Shown piece by piece: positions 23,301-32,376 of a stretch of 49,369 nt of DNA. The stretch comes from Perkinsus chesapeaki ATCC PRA-425. Its lineage: Eukaryota > Protista > Perkinsozoa. The stretch covers positions 1 through 49,369 of the forward strand of contig JAAPAO010000231.1 of assembly GCA_013115145.1 (NCBI GenBank). The letters run 5' to 3'. The notes beneath the pieces were generated by a model. The model had not been told where the DNA came from. It made no database searches and was given only the letters and a program-made list of their open reading frames with translations. The position numbers were made by a program, and so were the translations under genes. Numbering within the stretch: position 1 is the first letter of the stretch; every line of letters starts with the position of its first letter.

Positions 23301-25888
23301 GGTTTATAATATAAAGGAAGCTCCCTTCAAAAGTCCCTGAACAACTCTTGTATTTCCTTAACCCTTGTTGTGAGATTGTCACCTGCGTAACTCCTCGTCT
23401 AGCCGCATATTGTCTGGCTATAATGGTCGCAGTTTGGGTCGCTGGTGCTATGTCAGAGGTACTCGTCTAGGCTCACAGTGGTATGCAGTCCGAGAGACGT
23501 CCGCGAGAAGTATTTCCGCCCCGTTTAGACTTACTTTGGCATATTTCAGCTCGCTTTTAGTAACATGGAGCTTGAATGTAGAAAGGGGTGTCTATAATCA
23601 ACTCTAGTCCATGTCGTGAAATATACTCCTATGTTATATAATAGCGAGTCACCATCGCTTTTTGGACATGCCGACTCGGGCGACTTGATGCCCTGCTGTT
23701 GTGGTAGTCTTTCATTACCTTTAGATTATTCGGGCAGTTGCATGTCTGCCGGTAGTCGACCAACCTCTGGTAACAGCTCTCGCTAACATGACTGAGAGGG
23801 CAGTAAAGAGCTCATCGGCGAGGCCAGCGGATACGCAGCAACTTGCAAAACATTTGGCGAAGCTTTTGATAAAGAGAGCGAAGGTGAGCTGAGTGGTAGG
23901 GTGGTTAATGGGTGTATGGTGATAACAGGCATCGGGCGCTGGACCGGGACAGAATATGGCTACGGCAGGGGGAGCATCGAATGGATTATGGACTATATTG
24001 ACTGATAGGATTGTTAGAGGACAAGGTAGAAGGGACGGAGAAGATTCTTCACGAATCCTGGATGCGGTTATATGGTCATTTGTGACGGAGCGATAATAGT
24101 AATACTGACCTTAATATCGTCTTTAACTGAATCGATCTGGAGCAGGCCAAATTATTAGCATTCCGTGGCTTTATTAGGTTATATTAGACAGGATAATGTA
24201 CTACTACGACCCATATATATTATCTCTATAGAGGTTTGTTACATTACTTTCTATACTGTAGCTTGATTGAATTCTAATCTCAACTTGGCGGCAGTTATTC
24301 CGTGTCTCTATTATTGACCCCTACCAGGTCCGATATCGGTGCCAGGAGCGATTAAAGCGCTCATGTCCCTCGGAACTACGCACGACTCGGTAAAGCATTT
24401 AATGCTGGCAACTTGCTGAAGTTTGTTCGGTTTAGTTGGTGAGCAAGCGACCTTTAACGAAGCTTGAGAAGGCATCTGATGTTGAAGAGCTTGCTGAGGC
24501 AATAGCGTTGGCAACCGACCCAAGGTGGGATGGGTTGACTTGGTTGTGTGAGCTGTTGGCAGCAGATCAAATACGTGCAAGAGGCTGTTTGCTGAGAAAC
24601 GAGCGTTGTATGAGACTGACGCCAAGGCCATATTTGCGGTCCTGTCAGCTAGCGCTGTGACGGGTAATATTGGCAGAGGAGGCGTGATAGTAATTATTGG
24701 ATTATAAGTTGTATGGAAACTCAAACTAGAACATTTTACGGCCATGCTCCCGCCGGCAAGTGCACTATCATTCTCAAAGGAGCGCATGCAAATATGTGGC
24801 GCGTGAGAATTATGATCGGATGAAATGAAATGGGATAATTGGGATCCTTACTCATTTTTGAAGTAGAACTGAGAAAGCGGAAACTTGAGACCTCGGAGCC
24901 GAATAGACGCCATTACGGGTGAGACGGTTCACTTTCTATTCTTGTCGAACTTTACGACATTATGAGAAGAGGCTTTGAATTGGTCATTTTCAGCTGCCGA
25001 GCATGGCACAGGAAGTCCGGAGGCAACAATGTTGCTAAGACAGCATCGTCAGCGTATATTAGACTTGAATGAGGAGGATGCCCCGGCCTGGAAGAGGCTG
25101 TTGGTTTGGTTATGTTTGTTACCAAGTGACACGGTGGCATTGAATTCACTTAAAAAGAGTATGGAGGAGGAGATGGGAAAGGAGAAGGGTGTGGCTCCTG
25201 GAGTGCAGAGAGTCAGGGATGTCATGGCGCTGCTGGGGTGAGTTGGATTGATAGAATAACTCCTGTCGGCTGTCTTCGATATTGGCAAAGCGCTGCGGAA
25301 ATACAGGTGTTAATACTTCATCACTACGTCAATATCTTCCTCTGTAAAATGCCTTATGACACAGCAGGTCTTTATTTACTCTAAAGTAGTACACAGACGC
25401 AATTATTCAAATGAAAGCTTCCCTCTGCTGGATGCTTTTGCGCGGTGGGTTGACGGCTGCTTTTAATGGGAAGGTCGCTGGTTCTAATCCCCGTTGGGGC
25501 ATTTTTATTAGATATTCTTCCGAGTCCATTACGTATGATTATGTAGTAGATGGTGTGGTGAAGGCAGATATTGCCTTACCCCAATACATGGTAAGTTGTC
25601 GAAGCGCCGGTAAATTAAGATTATTATTAGACGGCGATTGTCATTGAGCCTCAAGCGTTGTTCAACGTCCACAGTAAGCGTTATCAACGGACAGGGTGGA
25701 CGCTATTGAGAGTGAAGGCGCTGCAGCAAAAGGGATGGCAGGTAGGTCGTGGGCTCGATCCTCGGTTGGGGTATTTTTAATAGGTTATTGGCCCCGTGGT
25801 GCCTGAGTCTTTCAGATCGGAGGAGGCATCGGCAGATTCTAAACAACCTGGAAGTCTGGTGCAGTTTTTGAACGACCAGCTGAATGAC
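20340..25888 (+). CDS. Large multi-exon helical-repeat protein with a RAP (RNA-binding, Apicomplexa-abundant) domain
   Basis: Spliced exons ITYDYVVDGVVKADIALPQYM|TAIVIEPQALFNVHSKRYQRTGWTLLRVKALQQKGWQ|VIGP match the RAP pattern DIA.P...IAIE......TG.T.L+.R.L...GW.V. Upstream exons are Leu/Ala-rich and helical. The 5' end is approximate. Confidence 0.7.
20607..20810 (+). repeat. ~200-bp dispersed direct duplication, copy 1
   Basis: GTCATCGAGCCTCTCAGTGTTCGTTTGGGGTCA...GACTACCCAAAGG is nearly identical to 29102-29300 over the first ~100 bp and more diverged after. Confidence 0.92.
21140..21278 (+). repeat. AT-rich ~32-bp tandem repeat, about 4 imperfect copies (intronic)
   Basis: Unit TTCTCATATTAACTTTATTATTTACCTTCCCA. 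Confidence 0.85.
25445..25511 (+). other. 67-nt intron of the RAP gene resembling the 3' two-thirds of a tRNA (Lys-TTT-like loop)
   Basis: GTGGGTTGACGGCTGCTTTTAATGGGAAGGTCGCTGGTTCTAATCCCCGTTGGGGCATTTTTATTAG. It contains a CTTTTAA anticodon-loop-like heptamer, AGGTC variable loop, T-arm, TTGGGGCA and TTTTT. Exons join in frame (LDAFAR|YSSES). Confidence 0.8.
25742..25783 (+). other. 42-nt intron inside the RAP domain that is a sense tRNA-like 3' fragment
   Basis: GTAGGTCGTGGGCTCGATCCTCGGTTGGGGTATTTTTAATAG. Removal restores QKGWQ|VIGP. Confidence 0.8.
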
Positions 25889-25929
25889 GTAGTCACGCGC
25901 CACGAAATTATTCGACAGTGGTGCGACAG

Positions 25930-28900
25930 GTTCCCTATGATGCTTGTATTACCATTGATGGTGATGTCGACAGGGAGGAGTTGTCGAAGTCGGTTGGTTC
26001 GATGGGCTTGGGGGTCGGGGTGGGCACTAAGCTCATGCCTGGTGGACAGAGAATAAAGAAACTGGTAAGGAAGGCGGAGCGATGCATTTGAAGAGGTTGG
26101 AATCATGATATATGTTATTGGCATGTGCTCTTAGAATAGGCAACATTTAGAGGTCTATTGTAAGCTACACCTTTACAATACTTCCAGTTGCTGATAGACG
26201 TACTTCGTAAAATCGTATTTGTGAACAACTTGTGGTACCGTAATAGATTAATACCACTGCTATTGTCGCAGATTGTAGGTGTAAAAGTGTTGGCAATTTG
26301 CCAATGGCAAATGTTCAACACTAGCTCTGGTTAGGAGGGTGGCAAGAGTTGAACTTGTTGCCAGTCTCCTGTCTAGGGATCAAAAATTGTTGGGAGGCTT
26401 CATCCAATATACCTTAGTAACTGGACGAACTTGTGGGAGCAACATGTTGTCTGGCGAGCCGTGATTGGGCCTATATTTGAGATGACGAAGTTCCCCACAG
26501 TTGAACCTTCTATCTGATGGAGTACTTATATTAATATGAATTATTATATAGTACAAAAACGTTTCGATCTCAACTGTACTTTTAGTAATTACTAGAAGCT
26601 TTAGGATGGTTAGAATTATTAGTTATTTAGTAGTATAATTACTCACTGCTAAATACTTACTAGTAGTTACTGCTTTCTACTACTATTTGTTAATAGAAGG
26701 ATGACTGGATGTTTGTGATCAGGTTGTGGCTAACTGTAAGATGCCACTGGTGGCCAAGATTCTCTTGACGATGCTCCGGCTCGGCACGACGGTGGATATG
26801 ATAGTCCTGAAGAACCTCGGTTTAACAGATAACATGACGGATGTTCTGTCGGAATTCATTATGACGTAATAATGGCGCTGAATGACCGCGCGCCAGGAAA
26901 TTATTGGCGGCCTTTTCAGATACGTGTTGCGGCACCCTACGTTGTCCTTGGATTTATCAGAGAATCATCTCACTGATGTTTGCGCCAATCGATTGTTGAC
27001 GGCGGTGTCGACGGGAGCTAGCGGAGCGAGGGTAGGGTGGGAATGGTTTAATTGGAGATGAAGATAACAGTTTCCTATCAGTTGGTATAATTAATACAAG
27101 TATACTTGTACTTACAATATCTACAATACTCACAACTCCGCCGTCGTTGCATTGCCATACTTTAATTGGGTGTCTATCTAGACTGATAGACTAGTAACTA
27201 ACCGCGTTCCTCCTTACAGTAGTGGGAATGTAAATGGTTTTATTATACAACGCAACATTTTAAATAATATTATTTATATTATATAAAATGTTCCGCGAAT
27301 GTATGAGGGCATTTATCGACTTTAAGTAATTTTAATAATAAAGGAAGGAAGAACTTCTCTACTACATACTTTAAACTTAATGTACAATAACTATCACCGG
27401 TAGAGCTTGTGATAAGTCGGAAATGTTACAGTTGGTGCTCAATTGGTAATTTATTTGTATATCGAAGCGCGTCACCACACCTTTTCAAAGGTTACCAGTG
27501 ATGTTGGACACAAGTAGTTTGAGAAAATAATGCTTCGGAGATTTAGTTATGACGGATTGAAGTGTGGGCCTTTTAGGTGAGTTTGTGGCTAGGAGGCAAC
27601 TGTATCAAGGAGGCTGAGAAGATAGTCACTTTCGACAGTGGAATAGTACAGGTAAATTGCATTAAAAATGCCGGACGGTGGGATCGAACCCGCGTACTGC
27701 TGCACTCAGGGCGGTAATGACATCCTGGTCAAGATGGAGGATAACGTAGACGGAGTGAATGGCGTGGATCTGACGGCCGAGACGAGAAGTGTTGTGACGT
27801 TGTGTGGTGACGTCTACACTCAACAGCAGCAGATGGGTGCCGTTGGAACGTGAAATGGTTTCTTGTGGTGTAACATTGAATCATGGAAGTTGCTTGTTGA
27901 GTTTCGCACCCGGAAGATTCTACTAGTGGAAAGATACTTGTGCGGCGGTCTGCATAGCGGTTAGCAGTCGCTCGGTAGGGGAGATTTCTCGTGCTGAGTC
28001 AGTGAGGACGTTGTAACCGAGGAAGACACTGGAGTCGTTGAATGTGTTCTTTTGCGAAGTGTTTTCCGGACTGAGCTGTTAGTTCTGGTCCATTTCTATC
28101 TGTAGGCATTTCTATTGGCGTTGGTACAATGATATCATAATTTCTCAAATAATACATTTCATCTTTTGCTACATGGTAGAAGCCCGTTCTCTATCACTCA
28201 CACTGGGATTGACACTAGGAACAACCGAAGATAGTTGAACCGAAAGTTGAACATATCCGCCCGCCTGGGAGTTTTACATATCGACCGCTAATCGTGTTTG
28301 CCGCTAAAACATTCTGGCACTCCGTTTGAATTTGAAGGTTAGACTGTTGACTTGGTTTAGTCGATACTTTTTTCCTCTCAACAATCGAAATGATGTTCCC
28401 CGGTATGATGGCACCTCCTCCGAAGGAGTATATCGCCCCGAAGTACAAGGCGCCTCTGAGGTGAGTTGAACAGCTTGAGTGTTGTCGACTTTTATTTTCG
28501 TGAGAACATCCGTTTTTCCAATGATAAGCTCGATGAGAGAGACGTGAGATAATGAGAACACTGTTAGCGATCGCTTCAGGGATTGTCTAGCCCCGCGGGA
28601 ATGTGTTCCTCGGGTGCCAATTATTATTACTACTGCGAAGATATGATAGAAATTCCGGTCGGAAATGTGGCCAAAGAGAAGCGCCAAACTTTGGTGTACC
28701 TTTTTACTGATACTGGTGGTGACCAAATTAAATATTCCTGTACGCTTCGCTCCGCCGATTGTAGTGTTATTCTTCAGGGCCGTCGGATTTGCACTTTCGA
28801 TCTATCTGATGATACGCTTTGGTGACGAGTTGGAGATGCCCGAGAACCCCAGGCAGTAGAGAAGATACAATTGCACAAACAGCTGTCCCCAAAAGTCTAT

Positions 28901-29170
28901 CAGTTGTTTCTGTGACGAATTCGGTTGTTGCGTGTATGATCTTATAGAAGTGAATTTAGAGGGGGGGTCATCGGTGACATGATTAGAGGGAAGTTTGGTA
29001 TGGTATTTTACTGGTCTTGTTTGCTTGGAAGTAAACCAACACTCGTGACGTGTTTCTGCAGGCTCAACAGCCCAGGTTGATAGGACTATTCTTCGATGCG
29101 AGTCATCGAGCCTCTCAGTGTTCGTTTGGGGTCATAAAGTGTTCGTAATGTGGAGGAGATAGAATGGAAA
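25930..29170 (+). CDS. Multi-exon LRR-containing region, probably the C-terminal continuation of the RAP gene
   Basis: Exons VDMIVLKNLGLTDNMTDVL, YVLRHPTLSLDLSENHLTDVC and VSLWLGGNCIKE. An in-frame link to the RAP exons is possible via intron 25889-25929. The 3' end is uncertain. Confidence 0.55.
27652..27709 (-). other. 58-nt intron that is an antisense tRNA-like 3' fragment
   Basis: GTAAATTGCATTAAAAATGCCGGACGGTGGGATCGAACCCGCGTACTGCTGCACTCAG. Reverse complement reads GCGGGTTCGATCCCACCGTCCGGCATTTTT. Exons join in frame (SGIVQ|GGNDIL). Confidence 0.8.
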
Positions 29171-29300
29171 TTGTGGTATTAAAATATGTTGCCTAGACTA
29201 CCCAAAGGAAACACCAAACGTATTTCTTCCGGGCCTGACATTTGATGTCTCTATGACATCTTGATTGATAATATTCTATCATGATCATATTACTTCGGCT
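29102..29300 (+). repeat. ~200-bp dispersed direct duplication, copy 2
   Basis: Matches 20607-20810. Confidence 0.92.
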
Positions 29301-29718
29301 TCATATATATAGTTTTATCCCTTTGTCGGATATAGTTAGTAATAATATATAGCATCCATTCTCATAATATAAAATATGCGTTATCTACTGGCAGTCGCTC
29401 TTGCTGTTGAGGATCGTGACGCGACATGAAGGCTGCTTTCGCTGCGCCTTCGTCTACCTGACCCGCCTGGCAGACTTTAACAAAATTTTTCCAAGTCGAT
29501 CTGAACTGCTCCGGAGCGGGCCACTCCGAGGGGCTCTGACGAAGTTACTCAATAAGTACTCTGTTTCCACCTGGTATCTCCTCTTTCAATTTGCCCTAGA
29601 TCTTCCTTGCGTGATAGCCAGTAGGTGTCACGTGGAGGCGGTGGTGACAGGTTAGCTGTGCCTGATCGTTGCATTAACACTATATAATAATCTAACCCCC
29701 TTCAAGATTGCCCCTAAA

Positions 29719-31899
29719 ATGTCCGCCCGTCATCCGCCTACTCGTGACGTTCCCCTCGGCTCCTTCGGCAAGAGTGCTCTTCTTGTCATCGACGTTCAAA
29801 GACAATGCTCGGTCGCTGGTGAAGGCATCTGGGCGGATACTTCTCGTGCGGACAACCCTTATTTTTTCAACCAAGTCGATAATATGTTGGGCAATATCAG
29901 CAAGCTCCTCGACGCCACTCGTAAGATGGAGAGCCACTCCGATGTTATTTATACCTATATTGAGGCCTTGACCGCCGACTGCCGTGATGCTAGTCTGGAT
30001 TATAAGCTCTCTGGAGGGCCCTCTAGACCCTTGTTGGTCCCCAAGGGCAGTAAGGGCGCAGAGATTTTGACGCGGGTTCGACCTGAAGCAAATGACATTT
30101 TAATTCCAAAGACATCCTGTTCGGTCTTCCAAAGCACCAATATCGATTATGTTCTCAGAAATCTGGGCACAAAGCATCTGGTGGTGGTGGGCCAGCTCAC
30201 CAACCAGTGTGTCGAGTCCTGTGTCCGTGATGCCGCCGATCTCGGATATCTGGTGACTGTCGTCGAAGATGCATGTGCGGCTCTCTGCCAGGAGGACCAC
30301 TCTTCGGCTTTGAACAATCTGAAAGGCTTTGCTCGCATCATGTCGACCGCGGCGGTCCTCACCGAGCTGGCGGTGAGCGACCCAACGCCTCCTTCTGCTG
30401 CCCGCCAGGAGGAGGTGGTGCCGAAGCCTAAAGAGCCAGTGGTTTGGAATAGACTACCTTTCGTCAATTGCCACTATGAGCACTTCTCACCGTTCAAGCT
30501 CGATTTTTGCGGCGATCCTTTTGGACTCGCACAAGCCTTGTTGTCATCTCTGAAGGCCTGCGGCGTGCAGCTCCTGCGTTTCATGGTTTGTGATGTGAGC
30601 GGTCAGATCAGGAGCAAGTCGATAGCTATCCACAACTCGACCGCTGCAGAGTCGCTCCTCAAAGGCGTGCCATTCGTTACGTGCTTGAATGCCCTGCCGA
30701 GCTACGGTGATGCTATTTGCGGGGGAGCGTCGTCGACGGGCTCACAGAACCTCGTGGCTGATTTCTCGACTCTCACTGTTGTTGGGAAGTCCGCCTATGT
30801 TTTCGGTAATATGTTCGACCCTATCACCGACAGACCTGGTCTGTGCCCTCGCTCGATTCTAAAGGAGCAGTGCCTCAGAGCAGAGAAAGACTTTGGTATT
30901 CGGATCCAGTGTGGCGTGGAGATGGAGTTCATCCTGTTCGAGCGTGGAGTGCAAGCTTCAAGCTCGGATATGCCCTTCAAACCGTTGGGAGATCCGTCTA
31001 ACTTCGCCAGCGACTCAGCTATGACCGCTTCCCGGGCCGAAGCCTTCATCAGCGATCTCTTGAAGGGACTAAGCGAGCAGCCCAATACGTGCCGTCCAGT
31101 CGACTTGTGCCACGCCGAGGCTGCTTGGGGACAGTTTGAGGTCTCTTTGAGGTACATCGACGATCCGGTTAAAATGGCGGACTCGGTGGTGACGACCAGA
31201 CAGACGCTTCGACGCCTTGCCGACGTCCATGGCCTTGGGCTCTGTCTGTTGCCAAAGATAAGCTCGACCGCTGTAGGGTCGGGAATGCACTCTCATTGGA
31301 GCTTCTGTGATGTCGGAGGTGAAAAGAACGCTTTGGTGTCAGAGGAAGGTCGCTACGGCTTGTCAGTGAAAGGCAGCCAGTTCATGTCGGGCGTTCTTGG
31401 CAACCTGAAGGCTCTGACCGCGGTAACGCTCCCTTGTACTAATTCTTATAGAAGGATGGTCGATGGTTACTGGGCAGGGACCTACCAGTGCTGGGCGTAT
31501 GAGGACAAGGAATCCCCGATCAGGCTCTGCGGAGTTGATACGCTCACTCGCAACTCTGGAGGGCTGCCTAGCAACTTCGAGGTTAAAGCGATGGATGCGC
31601 TCTGCAACCCCTATCTTGCCTTTACCGCCATCATCTCCTGCGGGTTGGCCGGGATCACTAACAAGAGCGTGCTGCCGGAACCAGTGCCTCTGGACTGCGT
31701 GGATCGAGCGGCAGTGTATGACTCTGTGCCGAGAGATCTCGGTACGGCATTGGACCATCTCGAGGGGAACACCGTCATTAAGGAGGCTTTTGGTGAGGTG
31801 ATGATGAGCTATTTTTTGTGTGTGAAAAGGGCAGAATTTTCGTATTACAAAGACATGGCGATCGGTGATGAAGTTAAGGCGCTTGTCGGGCTCTTCTGA
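29719..31899 (+). CDS. Intronless isochorismatase-like cysteine hydrolase fused to a glutamine synthetase-like (FluG/GlnA-type) domain, 726 aa
   Basis: N-terminal ALLVIDVQ, PKTSCSVFQST, LVVVGQLTNQCVESCVRDAADLGY. C-terminal GVEMEF, HAEAAWGQFEV, GSGMHSHWS, NSYRRM..GYWAG, NFEVKAMDALCNPYL. Confidence 0.95.
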   Translation: MSARHPPTRDVPLGSFGKSALLVIDVQRQCSVAGEGIWADTSRADNPYFFNQVDNMLGNISKLLDATRKMESHSDVIYTYIEALTADCRDASLDYKLSGGPSRPLLVPKGSKGAEILTRVRPEANDILIPKTSCSVFQSTNIDYVLRNLGTKHLVVVGQLTNQCVESCVRDAADLGYLVTVVEDACAALCQEDHSSALNNLKGFARIMSTAAVLTELAVSDPTPPSAARQEEVVPKPKEPVVWNRLPFVNCHYEHFSPFKLDFCGDPFGLAQALLSSLKACGVQLLRFMVCDVSGQIRSKSIAIHNSTAAESLLKGVPFVTCLNALPSYGDAICGGASSTGSQNLVADFSTLTVVGKSAYVFGNMFDPITDRPGLCPRSILKEQCLRAEKDFGIRIQCGVEMEFILFERGVQASSSDMPFKPLGDPSNFASDSAMTASRAEAFISDLLKGLSEQPNTCRPVDLCHAEAAWGQFEVSLRYIDDPVKMADSVVTTRQTLRRLADVHGLGLCLLPKISSTAVGSGMHSHWSFCDVGGEKNALVSEEGRYGLSVKGSQFMSGVLGNLKALTAVTLPCTNSYRRMVDGYWAGTYQCWAYEDKESPIRLCGVDTLTRNSGGLPSNFEVKAMDALCNPYLAFTAIISCGLAGITNKSVLPEPVPLDCVDRAAVYDSVPRDLGTALDHLEGNTVIKEAFGEVMMSYFLCVKRAEFSYYKDMAIGDEVKALVGLF

Positions 31900-32376
31900 T
31901 GAGCTTTCCTCTCCACACAAACTCATTATTGTCTCCACACTACCTCTGCTGCCGGCTCCGCTACAACTGCTCGCATAGGTCTCTTTTTATCCCTTAGGGT
32001 CTAGTTAACAAATCTCCTACCGGGATTGGATGGTGGCAGGGGGTGCCGTTAGTTGATCTTTAAAATGCGTCTCCGATCACCACGGCACAGTCCTCTCGGT
32101 CACGCTGCGATACAGTATCATCATCACATGAGACCTTCCGGCGGGTAGCTTATTGATTCTTCCAGTGAGGGTAAATTTCCGACCGACTTTTGCTACAAAC
32201 ACTCCCAACATCCGAACAGCCATCTCGTCTTCTTTTCGGGGAAAAATCGTTAAAATATTTTATCGACTTGAAATCAGAATTGAAAGTATGTTCAGCGAAG
32301 CATTGTCGCAGCTAAGATGCTCTGTACTGCTCTGCCTTGTAAAAGTTGACCGAAATTTCGGGAGACTCTTATCGAG

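Noticed and set aside
31363-31938. 191-aa antisense ORF and other ORFs overlapping the GS fusion
   Set aside because: These are shadow ORFs of a GC-rich coding sequence.
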